Shown here: piece by piece, positions 23,301 through 32,211 of the stretch | Layout: each line of letters begins with the position of its first letter | How positions within the stretch are numbered: the first letter of the stretch is position 1 | Source: Bdellovibrionota bacterium | GTDB taxonomy: Bacteria > Bdellovibrionota_C > UBA2361 > CAKMMH01 | DNA length: 64,000 bases | Direction of reading: 5' to 3' | Assembly (NCBI GenBank): GCA_050952645.1 | Contig: JBMNLI010000010.1 | Location: 285,644-349,643, forward strand | Program-made: the position numbers and the translations under genes | Notes under the pieces: model-generated | What the model saw: the letters and a program-made list of their open reading frames with translations, nothing else | Database searches by the model: none | What the model was told of the DNA's origin: nothing

Positions 23301-24491
23301 AACACCGATGCGCAAACTGAGGAGCTATGCGATGGCTTAGATAATGATTGCGATGGCGAGATAGATGAAGATTTTTTTATAGGGCAAGATTGCACAGAAA
23401 AAACCGGAGAGATTGTAGTAGATGGCACTACGCACGATATTATAGGAAAAGGCGTTTACGAATGTAAAGATACTACTCAAAATTATTGCGACATTTACGA
23501 TACGGATGGAGATGGCGTTATAGATAGCCAAGACTTATGCCCTAACTTAGATGATAACGCTACTTTTACTTATTACGGCGTGCAAGCACAGTATTACGGG
23601 AAAACTTATAAAAACACTGATGATATGGACGGCGATGGAATAATAAACTGCCTAGATGAATGCGTAGACGATGAGCCTGAAGACGATCCTTTCTCAGATT
23701 TTAACATTAAAAGATTTAATGCATTAGAAAACGGTTGCGATGAAACTCCTAAAGGATACTCATGGACTCTAACTCCAACTCCTACTCTAACTCCCACACT
23801 AACGCCTACTAAAACTCCTAACCTTACTCCTACTCTTACAGCTACCGCTACTTTTACACCAACTCCTACTTTAAATAATACTAATACATATACTTTCACT
23901 CCTACTAATATTATAACGTCAGAAAATACTAGCACGCCAAGCTTTACTTATACTTATACATCTATTCCTACTAAAACTAATACGCCTACTATAGAGCCTA
24001 CTAGCACGATAACTTTTACCCCTACAAACACGCAGACTTTTACTCCTACTCTTACTCCTACTTTTACGCCTAGTTTTACTCCAAGTTTTACGCCTACCGC
24101 TACACCAACTAAGACGCCGAGGAACTCTAATGCGATAAAGCTTGCATATCCAAGAATGGAAGTGCCAAGACCAGAAATTAAAAAATTAAAAAATAGGGGT
24201 GCTCTACTTATAAAACTTCCTAAAGTTTTAAAAGCTACCATTAGAAAGAATAAAAAAAGAAATAATGCGAGATTTAAATATTTAATACATATAAGAAAAT
24301 TAAAAAGGCTTGGCATTAAAGATAATTTTTTCAAACTTGGAAAAAAGATTTTAACTTATCAAAGTAGCGTTAGATACAAAACTAAAAAAATGGACAAAGG
24401 CATTTACTCTATTAGGTATAAGATAGTTATAACTAAAGGAAATAAAACTAGGCATACTAAATGGAGTAAAAAAGCGTTAGTAGAGATTTAA
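20397..24491 (+). CDS. Secreted RCC1/BLIP-II-like repeat protein with Cys-rich/Ca-binding repeats, a Pro/Thr linker and a basic C-terminal domain
   Basis: Many TCA...LxCWGxNxxGQLG repeats; ELCDGLDNDCDGEIDED; DTDGDG; (TP)n. Start position uncertain. Confidence 0.88.
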   Translation: MSFLKKKYQKREIRYKTIYICSRIKLHYKNSYYKKPCYEKFKYILQSFFLASFLLFSLFFITLFLSSTSFAFEPILDSVKQVASNRSTTCAISASGELWCWGNNNYSQITTSSDTYVTAPTKITELVNVSAVSIGTYHVCAISNKKLYCWGRNSHGQLGVENTDITTTPQLILSEFNISQVAAEYINTCALTTSGKLFCWGYNEYGNVGVGSLASIITTPTQVLTDVSFVSSTQTTTYNGGARCAIKTNGELWCWGGNSYGQVGIGDLSITKVHTPRKILENVQSVSLSEFHTCAIKTNGKLYCSGKNNSNQIITSTENNIPSPIEIFNNVKQVAIGRNHTCSITKDDELYCRGSNSAGQIGKGNSTSSSSFYKVLDNISSISLAPLSTCAIASNGDLYCFGNNNFGQIGNNSTTDQKTPYLVLSNAKRVINNETNTHVIDTAGKLYSIGNNTSGQIGNDRILVQENKTQILTGVKNISPIGTSVCASKLDGSTYCWGLNAYRQLGNGSGVESSTPVLVSIYSDKGGITNIKSFSSNTATNCAVKENGDLFCWGNNWYGNTGATVPVLTGATSVKGGTNHNCALKDEFLYCWGRGEEGQIGIGTNDNITTLRQVSTLGEISDYSLGYNSTCAIKKEDKTLWCWGDNSYGQLGIGNTNNQKLPTRVQGLTNVRSVVMGNSYACATTESNNLYCWGLNKSRQLGIGTTEDSSVPVFVKSNIKSVALSYDHTCAIDLSDELWCWGNGFGGKLGNGDTSNRDTPQKVLNLTDVQKVSLDTSYSCAKTGNIDGNKLYCWGLNNYYQLGLGNNTNQDTPQLVLSGIKDFTVGQNATCAIDGEDNLLCWGLDNYGQVGDGVEIRKETPTQIFAGGIAPTYPTNCSTHWNYGNLGEACDNGLSNNCLQAGVLACYNSETDSPTIVCNAETPPCCKDNLYSSIGLSCSDGVGVCLENGSYYCSGLISDSAVLCSAEANTDAQTEELCDGLDNDCDGEIDEDFFIGQDCTEKTGEIVVDGTTHDIIGKGVYECKDTTQNYCDIYDTDGDGVIDSQDLCPNLDDNATFTYYGVQAQYYGKTYKNTDDMDGDGIINCLDECVDDEPEDDPFSDFNIKRFNALENGCDETPKGYSWTLTPTPTLTPTLTPTKTPNLTPTLTATATFTPTPTLNNTNTYTFTPTNIITSENTSTPSFTYTYTSIPTKTNTPTIEPTSTITFTPTNTQTFTPTLTPTFTPSFTPSFTPTATPTKTPRNSNAIKLAYPRMEVPRPEIKKLKNRGALLIKLPKVLKATIRKNKKRNNARFKYLIHIRKLKRLGIKDNFFKLGKKILTYQSSVRYKTKKMDKGIYSIRYKIVITKGNKTRHTKWSKKALVEI

Positions 24492-24531
24492 TATATCTTA
24501 AGCTAGCATAATATTAAATTTTTCTATAATT

Positions 24532-24801
24532 TTACAACATAGTTCCCTTAGAAAGAATATCGACATATTTTTTATATACGTATTGTCTATATCTTTTTTT
24601 CTCCTCTACGAGTTCTAATATACCGAGCTTCCTTAACTCATCTAAAATCTTATTTACGGTAGGCTTGCTAAAACCTAGTAAATCTTTTACATCATCAGCT
24701 TCTATAAACGGATGTTTAAGTAAATAATCATATACTAAAAGAAAACTTTGAATATTTCCTTTAGAAGACGAGCGAATCTTTTCTATATCATTCTTTTTAA
24801 G
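24532..24801 (-). pseudogene. C-terminal winged-helix fragment resembling Fic-family protein ends (no start codon)
   Basis: Own translation: LKKNDIEKI...YDYLLKHPFIEADDVKDLLGFSKPTVNKILDELRKLGILELVEEKKRYRQYVYKKYVDIL...*; in-frame stop immediately upstream. Confidence 0.65.
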
Positions 24802-24935
24802 TTAAAGTTATTTTACTTAGAGTAAGGATACACTTTCTAAGTAAAATTTTTAGGCTTTTATTTTACTTAGACATAAAATTTTAAAGATTTTAGAGAAATT
24901 TCTCATTCTCTCTTATACCTAAAAGAAATACAACG

Positions 24936-25001
24936 CTTTAAATATTCACTTTAAATATTCACTTTAAATATTCACTTTAAATATTTACTTTAAATATTTA
25001 C
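24936..25001. repeat. 13-bp tandem repeat x5 (CTTTAAATATT[C/T]A)
   Basis: Read directly, just downstream of the flagellar operon. Confidence 0.9.
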
Positions 25002-25814
25002 TTAGTGAGTTACGAGCATTTTACTCATTTTTAAAGCTTTCTCTTGATCCATTAAGGAAAGGATTTGACCTATTCTTTTTTCACTCATCTTTTGCATAAG
25101 TTCTAGGGCTATAGAAACATCTAAATCCTCCATAAGCCTTGCCGACTCTTCAGGGGACATCGAAGAATATATTTTTGCTAACTGCTCGACTTGTAAATTT
25201 CTTTTTTGATCTACACCCTCTCTATTAGTTTTTAACTTAGATGTAAGCTGTCTTAACTCTGCAAGTTTTATCTCAAGCTCATTTTCCCTAGCTTCTAAAT
25301 CTATCTCTCTTAAATCCATTTTTTTACCCCTTTCTGAAAGCTCGGCACGTCTAGCATCTAACGATGTAAGAACTTTCTTGTCTTCTCTAGTAAAATTTCC
25401 ACTCTCCTTAATTTGAGCTTCAATACTTGGAACATCTGCCGATACTTTCGTAGCAGTCGCAAAACCAACGGCCTCTAATGCACTAAAAAATACTTTTATC
25501 ATCGCAAAACTAATTATTAAAATAAGACATATTGCTTGCCCTCTATCCATAGTCTTTAACGGAGGAAGAGCTAAGCTTATAGCACTTCCATTTATAGAAG
25601 AATTGATATTAGAATTATAATTTTGATTATTTGAAAACTCTTGAGAGTCCCCTCTTAAACCTTGACGAATGCTTTCAGCAATCTTCTTAGGGTCTACCTT
25701 TTGCTTGCTACTTTGCCCCTTAGCTTCTTTATTTGCCATCCATTTAGTCATAGACTTATGTAAATTTTCATATAACACCTTAGCCTCTTCTCTAGTCATT
25801 CCATTTTTAGCCAT
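25002..25814 (-). CDS. MotE/FlbB-like flagellar protein (MgtE-N-like C-terminus)
   Basis: TM segment, coiled coil, LAKIYSSMSPEESARLME...MSEKRIGQILSLMD; located after fliJ. Confidence 0.75.
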   Translation of the reverse strand: MAKNGMTREEAKVLYENLHKSMTKWMANKEAKGQSSKQKVDPKKIAESIRQGLRGDSQEFSNNQNYNSNINSSINGSAISLALPPLKTMDRGQAICLILIISFAMIKVFFSALEAVGFATATKVSADVPSIEAQIKESGNFTREDKKVLTSLDARRAELSERGKKMDLREIDLEARENELEIKLAELRQLTSKLKTNREGVDQKRNLQVEQLAKIYSSMSPEESARLMEDLDVSIALELMQKMSEKRIGQILSLMDQEKALKMSKMLVTH

Positions 25815-25872
25815 AAATATTTCCCCTTTTATAAATCCTTATATAAAAATCCTTAACTTTATATATTTAACC

Positions 25873-26307
25873 TTAAACTCTTTCTAAAATCTTAAATCTT
25901 TGCGTCGCTATATTATCATTTTCTTTCTCTTCTTCTTTTAGAAGATTTTTTTTGTATTCCGTTTCTTTTTTTTCTTTTAAAAGTTGTAAGCTTTTAGCAT
26001 CTTTTGAAGCTTCAAGGTAAGCCTCTTTAGCCTCATTTACTTCAATCTTTATTTCCTCTATAACCTCTTTTTGCCTCTCTATCTCAGAAAGCAAATAAGC
26101 TCCATAATCACCCGTTAAAATCAACAGATTTATATTTACAATCCCACTAGGAATTCCATTATTTATTACAGCCTCTTCTAAGTTTTTTAATCTTTCTTCA
26201 GCATTAAATAGTTTTTGATTTTTTAAAATTAAAATTCTCTTTCGCTCATCTTTAATAGTTTCTCTATAATTTAAAATTCGCTGTAATTTAAATGCAAATT
26301 TTTTCAT
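25873..26307 (-). CDS. fliJ: Flagellar export protein FliJ
   Basis: MKKFAFKLQRILNYRE N-terminus, coiled coil, follows fliI. Confidence 0.88.
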   Translation of the reverse strand: MKKFAFKLQRILNYRETIKDERKRILILKNQKLFNAEERLKNLEEAVINNGIPSGIVNINLLILTGDYGAYLLSEIERQKEVIEEIKIEVNEAKEAYLEASKDAKSLQLLKEKKETEYKKNLLKEEEKENDNIATQRFKILERV

Positions 26308-26428
26308 ACAATCTTTTTTAAAAAATCATTCACCATTAAAATTTTTTACTAAGGGATCCTAGGGCAAAAAAACCATCTCTCACACAGCGTTGCCCAAAAA
26401 ACCTACTCCCGAAAACTTACTCTAAAAC

Positions 26429-27745
26429 CTACTCCTCCATATCCCCCACAATCTTACTAAGCATATCAAACGCCTCTTCTTTAGTGCATTTAACATTAGC
26501 TTTCTGCTTTAAAAATTTATTTATATCATCATTTAAAGATACCGCCCTATCTACCTTTATATTTTGTCCTTCCTTATAGGCACCTATGGTAATTAAGTCT
26601 TCATTATCTCTATAAGTAGCTACAAGGTCTCTAAGCATACTCGCATTTTGCACTACCTCATCTCGCACCACATCTGGCATCACCCTAGAAACGCTCTGCA
26701 AAATATCTATCGCTGGAAAATGCCCCCTACCCGCTAATTTTCTATCTAACACTATATGCCCATCTAAAATACCTCTAGTAGCATCGGCGATAGGCTCATT
26801 CATATCATCTCCCTCAACTAAAACGGTATAAAGCCCTGTAATCGAACCCTCTTTATCACAAGTTCCAGCTCTTTCTAAAAGCTTTGGAAGCATCGCAAAT
26901 ACTGACGGCGTATACCCCTTAGTGCTTGGTGGCTCTCCTGAGGCAAGTCCTATTTCCCTTTGAGCCATCGCTAAACGAGTGACTGAGTCCATCATTAAAA
27001 CCACCTTTTTTCCTTGCTCCCTAAAATACTCTGCAATACTCGTAGCTAAAAACGCAGCTCTAATTCTTAAAATCGCAGACTTATCTCCCGTTGCTATCAC
27101 CACCACCGAACGCTCTAAGCCCTCCTTTCCTAAATCTTTTTCTATAAACTCTCTTACCTCTCTTCCACGCTCACCGATAAGAGCAATAACATTCACATCA
27201 CTTTCAGAGTGCCTAGCTATCATACCTAATAGAGTAGACTTTCCTACACCTGAACCAGCCATAATACCTATACGTTGCCCTTGCCCTATCGACAAAAGCC
27301 CGTTTATAGCTCGCACTCCAGTATCAAAACAATCCCTTATCCTACTTCTCGTAACTGGATTAGGAGGAGCATTGTATAAAGAAACTTTCTCGCCAGTTAA
27401 AATCGCCTCCTTTTCATCCATAGGATTTCCTAAGCCATCTATTACTCGGCCTATTAATTTATCAGATACCAAAACGCCATTTAAAGAGTCTTTTGATATG
27501 ACTTTAGTTCCTAATGTAATGCCCTCTACTAAATCGTAAGGCATTATTAAAATATTACTATTTTTAAATCCTACGACTTGCGCTAAACACTCTTTGCCTT
27601 GCGCTAAGATCGCAACGTGCGAACCTACGGGAACCTTAGGGCCGTTCGCCTCTATTAAAACTCCAGCAGAACTTACCACACTTCCTATAAGCTCAAATGG
27701 CGATATTAAATTTAGTGCTTCATTAGCCTTATTTAATAATCCCAT
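26429..27745 (-). CDS. fliI: Flagellar export ATPase
   Basis: AGSGVGKSTLLGM, LIGERGREV, MDSVTR, GEPP.TKGY. Confidence 0.97.
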   Translation of the reverse strand: MGLLNKANEALNLISPFELIGSVVSSAGVLIEANGPKVPVGSHVAILAQGKECLAQVVGFKNSNILIMPYDLVEGITLGTKVISKDSLNGVLVSDKLIGRVIDGLGNPMDEKEAILTGEKVSLYNAPPNPVTRSRIRDCFDTGVRAINGLLSIGQGQRIGIMAGSGVGKSTLLGMIARHSESDVNVIALIGERGREVREFIEKDLGKEGLERSVVVIATGDKSAILRIRAAFLATSIAEYFREQGKKVVLMMDSVTRLAMAQREIGLASGEPPSTKGYTPSVFAMLPKLLERAGTCDKEGSITGLYTVLVEGDDMNEPIADATRGILDGHIVLDRKLAGRGHFPAIDILQSVSRVMPDVVRDEVVQNASMLRDLVATYRDNEDLITIGAYKEGQNIKVDRAVSLNDDINKFLKQKANVKCTKEEAFDMLSKIVGDMEE

Positions 27746-28526
27746 TTACTATCCTTTCAAAAGCACTATCTAAATCAAAATTAGCATCTCCTAACGAAGA
27801 CTCTACTATGCAGCCTTTATTTATAGTTTCATCACTTACGAATTCAAAGCTATCCTCTACGTTAGAAAACTCTTCTTCCTTATTTATAGTTTTTAAAAAT
27901 TCAAAACTTTGCTCACTTACCCTAATTTTTTTTATACTTGCGCCCTTTATGCTATCTAAAGCCGTATGAATAATTTTTAAAATATACTCAGGATTCTCTT
28001 TTATATTATTATTTAAAATTTTCTCAGAAATTTTTATACTAAGCTCTAACGCTTCTTTTTCTAAATCTTTTTTATATAAATTTATTTGCCCCCTTAAATC
28101 TTCTAATGCGATATGCACTTCTTCTTTTAACTCGTTTTCTATTTTTTCCTTTTCTTCATTCGCTTTATTTAAAGCTTCATCGAAGCCTTTTTTGAAAAAC
28201 TCATTTTGAATTTCTTCTAACTCTTCTATTTTTAATTTTACTAGTTTACTATCTTCTTCTTCATTTTTTTGTTCTTTACTATCATCGTATTTTTTAAAAT
28301 CGAAAGCCTCGTTAGTAGGAAGATGAAGCCTTTTATCGCCTATGTTTTCTATTCCACCATAATCTGCAAATACTGGGTCTACGGCGAGACTACCTTCATT
28401 AGTTATTATATCTAACGTCATTGGCACAAAACCTTTATTTGGGTTATAGTCGTTTACTATCTCCCATGTAGTAGCTTCGTAGGGCATTTCTTTATAATTT
28501 ACTTGTGAACTAAATTCTTTTTTCAT
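27729..28526 (-). CDS. fliH: Flagellar assembly protein FliH
   Basis: Between fliF and fliI; helical middle and C-terminal D.TINKGCIVES..G motif. Confidence 0.8.
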   Translation of the reverse strand: MKKEFSSQVNYKEMPYEATTWEIVNDYNPNKGFVPMTLDIITNEGSLAVDPVFADYGGIENIGDKRLHLPTNEAFDFKKYDDSKEQKNEEEDSKLVKLKIEELEEIQNEFFKKGFDEALNKANEEKEKIENELKEEVHIALEDLRGQINLYKKDLEKEALELSIKISEKILNNNIKENPEYILKIIHTALDSIKGASIKKIRVSEQSFEFLKTINKEEEFSNVEDSFEFVSDETINKGCIVESSLGDANFDLDSAFERIVNGIIK

Positions 28527-28561
28527 AAATTAAAAAATTTTATAAAAAAAATTATTTAAAA

Positions 28562-30214
28562 TTATAATCTACCATCATTTAACCAATAACGAATTAGAAG
28601 TGCTGCTTGTTGTGGATTTTCTTTAACTAGTCTAGAGTTTTCAGCGAGTAAATCTTCTAGCTGGTCTAAATCGACTGCAGGTTCATACGTCGGTATTTTT
28701 ACTTTAGCTTTTTCTTGCTCAAGCTCTTGCTCGAGTTCTTCAAGTCCCGATGGAAGTAATCTAGATAGATCTACCTCTGCATCGGTTGGAGTAACTAAAA
28801 ATTTTATCATCGGTCTAACTACTATAAAAAAGAAAAGCAAAATAAATAAGATTGGCACCGATTTCGTTATAGATTTAAATATAAAATCTTGATTTTCTTT
28901 TTTCTCCATTATCTCAACGAAATCATCGCTAGTCTCATAAAAAGGAATGTTTTCTACCGTAACTACATCACCTCTATTTAAATCGTATCCTACGGCACTT
29001 TTTACTAACCCCTCTATCCTATTCATCGTTTCTTCTGGAAGTGGCACAAACTCTTTTTGTTCTGGTGTTTCCGCAGTTGCTGGAGCTATAACCTTATAAG
29101 TTCCATCTACTAACACTGCGACTGAAAGTCTTAAAAGTTTTCCTTTAGGAGATATGCTCTTGCTAATAGATTTAGAGATTTCATAGTTTTTTACATTCTC
29201 TGCTCTATTACTGCTCTCATCTCCTATGCCTTGAGGGGAAAGAAGCGCCGTGTCTCTAGTAAGATTAGAAACAACCCCCGGCACTCCTCCCCTTTGGGTA
29301 GAGCCAACCCCCTCTTCAATAGATTTTTCAGAACGCACTACACGTCCTGCTGGGTCGAAGCTTTCCTCTTCTTTTTGTGATGATGTAAAATCTAGCTCCG
29401 CAGTTACTTTAGCTACTACTTTCTCTGGCCCTATAACACGAGAAAGCATTTGCTCTATTCTATTAGCATACGCTTTTTCTAGGCTTTGTTGATAATTTAA
29501 TCTTTCAGAATCTAAATCGAACTCATCTTTAATATCATCTTGAGAGGTTAAGAGTTTTCCAGATGAATCAACTATAGTTACGTTTTCAGGCGTCAACCCC
29601 TCGACGCTTCCAGACACTAAATTTACGATACCTCTTATCTGATCTTTTGAAAGTCCATTTCCCACATTAAGTTTCAGCATAACCGATGCAGTCGTAGGAA
29701 TTTTATTTTTCATAAAAACCGTTTTTTCAGGTTGTGTAATATGAACTTTTGCAGAAGAAACGGAATCGAGTGAGCTTATAGTTCTTTCTAGCTCACCTTG
29801 AATAGCTCTAACAAACTTTAATTTTTCTACAAAGCTAGTCGTTCCAAAATTAGTATTATCAAAAATTTCAAAACCTACTACGCCTCCCTTAGGAAGTCCA
29901 TCAGATGCTAGTGCTAGCCTTAGCTCATGAACCATCTCTGGAGGACTTACCGCTATAACATCTCCATTACCACGGATTTGGTATTTTACCTGTTTTTCTT
30001 TTAATTTTTCTACTATTGCAGCAGAGTCTACTTTTTGCAAATCTGAAAACAGCACTGCATAATCGGGAGCGCTCGCCCATTTTGACACGAATACTATTCC
30101 TACGACTGATGCTACGATTAAGACAGGAAATAAAATCTTTTGAATTAAAGGTAGCTTTAAATACCCTTCAAAAAGATGACCTAATATTGCACTTGGATCT
30201 AAAGATGTTGCCAC
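28562..30214 (-). CDS. fliF: Flagellar MS-ring protein
   Basis: GFEIFD..FGTTSF, RAIQGELERTI, GGVPGVVSN, LSVAVLVDG, RGD. Confidence 0.97.
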   Translation of the reverse strand: MATSLDPSAILGHLFEGYLKLPLIQKILFPVLIVASVVGIVFVSKWASAPDYAVLFSDLQKVDSAAIVEKLKEKQVKYQIRGNGDVIAVSPPEMVHELRLALASDGLPKGGVVGFEIFDNTNFGTTSFVEKLKFVRAIQGELERTISSLDSVSSAKVHITQPEKTVFMKNKIPTTASVMLKLNVGNGLSKDQIRGIVNLVSGSVEGLTPENVTIVDSSGKLLTSQDDIKDEFDLDSERLNYQQSLEKAYANRIEQMLSRVIGPEKVVAKVTAELDFTSSQKEEESFDPAGRVVRSEKSIEEGVGSTQRGGVPGVVSNLTRDTALLSPQGIGDESSNRAENVKNYEISKSISKSISPKGKLLRLSVAVLVDGTYKVIAPATAETPEQKEFVPLPEETMNRIEGLVKSAVGYDLNRGDVVTVENIPFYETSDDFVEIMEKKENQDFIFKSITKSVPILFILLFFFIVVRPMIKFLVTPTDAEVDLSRLLPSGLEELEQELEQEKAKVKIPTYEPAVDLDQLEDLLAENSRLVKENPQQAALLIRYWLNDGRL

Positions 30215-30231
30215 TTAATATAAACTCCTTG

Positions 30232-30300
30232 TTTAAAATTCCTTACTTAAAATTCCTTATTTAAAATTCCTTATTTAAAATTCCTTATTTAAAATTCTTT
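30232..30300. repeat. 14-bp tandem repeat x~5 (TTAAAATTCCTTAT) between fliE and fliF
   Basis: Read directly. Confidence 0.85.
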
Positions 30301-30345
30301 TTCTAAAACTCTTTAGCTAAAACTCCCTAGCAAATAAAAATAAAA

Positions 30346-30693
30346 TTATATTTGCATTCTCATTACCTCTTGATACGCCTGAACGATTCTCGTTCGGACG
30401 GTATTCATAAGTTGAAAAGCCACATCGGCTTTTTCTAATGCTATCATTGCTTCGTGAGGCGTAATATTTTCTTTCTTTAAAACTAAATCTTCGATTTTTT
30501 TATCAGCTTCTAATTGAAGTGAGTTAACGCCTTTCACAGCATCTTTTAAAAAGCTTGCAAATGATTGTCCCTCGTCATTGTCTTTATTATTATCTTTCAC
30601 TTTAAATGGATTATTATTTAAATTATTTAAAGATGAGATCTTTTCCTTAGGACTAATTGTAGAAAAACGATTATATATTTCATCTATAGACAT
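30346..30693 (-). CDS. fliE: Flagellar hook-basal body protein
   Basis: SFASFLKDAV.GVN.LQ...HEAMIALEKA...VRTRIVQAYQEVMRMQI. Confidence 0.95.
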   Translation of the reverse strand: MSIDEIYNRFSTISPKEKISSLNNLNNNPFKVKDNNKDNDEGQSFASFLKDAVKGVNSLQLEADKKIEDLVLKKENITPHEAMIALEKADVAFQLMNTVRTRIVQAYQEVMRMQI

Positions 30694-30710
30694 TTTTAAT
30701 TCCCTTTAAT

Positions 30711-31139
30711 TTACATTCTAATTGCTATTTCACGAGCTTGTCTTAACATTTCCTTTGCAGTATCGAGCGCAGTTGCGTTTGCTTGGTATAACCTAGACGC
30801 CGTCATTAAATCGGTCATCGCAGATACTACATTTATATTTGGATATGCTACGTATCCATTTTCATCAGCATCGGGATGCCCTGGCTGATAAACCATTTTT
30901 GAAGGCCCTTGGTCTTCAACTACTGCTACCGCTACGGGTTTTGCTAAACTCATTTTATCTAGCGATGAGCTAAAGCTTCCTTTCATCGTTTGTGCTACTT
31001 GGACTAATTGTTTAGGCTTATACGGTGTGCCATCTTCAGTCTTAGTAGTTTCAGCGTTTGCAATATTTGAAGCTAGCAAATTAACTCTAAGCCTATTAAC
31101 ACTTAAGCCACTCGACAAAACCTCCATACTGTTAAACAT
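30711..31139 (-). CDS. flgC: Basal-body rod protein
   Basis: SNIANAETT, YQPGHPDADENGYVAYPNIN, ASRLYQAN. Confidence 0.96.
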   Translation of the reverse strand: MFNSMEVLSSGLSVNRLRVNLLASNIANAETTKTEDGTPYKPKQLVQVAQTMKGSFSSSLDKMSLAKPVAVAVVEDQGPSKMVYQPGHPDADENGYVAYPNINVVSAMTDLMTASRLYQANATALDTAKEMLRQAREIAIRM

Positions 31140-31224
31140 ATTGTATCTCCATTTTAAAAAAAATATTTTTTATAAAATTAAAATAAAAAATTAAAAAAAA
31201 ATTACGTAAATAAATTATTTAAAA

Positions 31225-31644
31225 TTACGTTTGTGCGTATCTAATTGCGTTTCTTAAAATTTGTAATTTTTTACGCACGAGTGCTGCAGAAAGGTTATAG
31301 TCTGCGGCATTACTAGCTAATTTTCCCATTTGGATATCTATATCTACATTATTACCATCGCTTTTAGTTGCACCTGAATAATCGGGAGTTATAAAAGCGC
31401 TAGTATTACGAGAGGTATCGAGATGCCCAGCATTAGTTTTAGATATATTTTGTTTATCCTCGTTAAATACTTTTTCTAGTTCATTTGCGAAATTAACATC
31501 TATCGATTTATATCCTGGAGTTTCAGCATTACTTATATTGCTCGTTATTGCTTGTGAGCGAAACCAATACAAGTCCATTGCCTTGCTTAATCCTCCAATG
31601 CTTTGGTCGAACAATTTATTTACATTTTTTATTTCAGTCATCAA
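31225..31644 (-). CDS. flgB: Basal-body rod protein
   Basis: SNISNAETPGYKSIDVNF, DGNNVDID. Confidence 0.96.
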   Translation of the reverse strand: MMTEIKNVNKLFDQSIGGLSKAMDLYWFRSQAITSNISNAETPGYKSIDVNFANELEKVFNEDKQNISKTNAGHLDTSRNTSAFITPDYSGATKSDGNNVDIDIQMGKLASNAADYNLSAALVRKKLQILRNAIRYAQT

Positions 31645-32091
31645 ATAAAACCTTTTTTAAAAAAGTTCCTTTTAAAAACATTTACAAAATATTTTTTCAC
31701 AAAAAAGAAACCTAGAGTTATAAATAAAGAATTTACATAAAAATACCCTTGCAATTTATATGCTAATTATCAAAAAAAGTTTTGCATTATTTTTCAATAG
31801 GTTAGAAATTTATTTTTAAGTATTTATGACAAAATTTTGACTATATATGTTTTTTTATAAGATAAAATTTGTAATTTTTTGTAATTAAAAGTTTTTTAAA
31901 AGAAATTATCTAGCCTAGGAATTTAGGGATTATTAGCTAGAAGAAAAGTTTAAAATAAAATAATTTTTTTAGGGCGACGTTTAGTGTGAAAAACAAGTTT
32001 TATAAATAACTTACCATATAAATAGGCAAAAAATCTATTCCATCTTTATGCATAATTATAGTCTTTATATATATACATAATATATACATAT

Positions 32092-32175
32092 CGACATTTC
32101 CTTAAAGTTATTATAGCCTAAAATCGACGTTTCCTTAAAGTTGTTTTTTGCTAAAAACGACGTTTCCTTAAAGTT
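32092..32175. repeat. Three 18-bp direct repeats (CGACRTTTCCTTAAAGTT) at a 33-bp period
   Basis: Copies at 32092, 32125 and 32158 with dissimilar 15-bp spacers. Confidence 0.85.
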
Positions 32176-32211
32176 TTTAAAGAGCGTTTTAAGCGCCTAA
32201 GTCGGGCTTTT

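Noticed and set aside
32092..32175. Possible mini-CRISPR array
   Set aside because: 18-bp repeats and 15-bp spacers are too short, there are only three copies, and no cas genes are present
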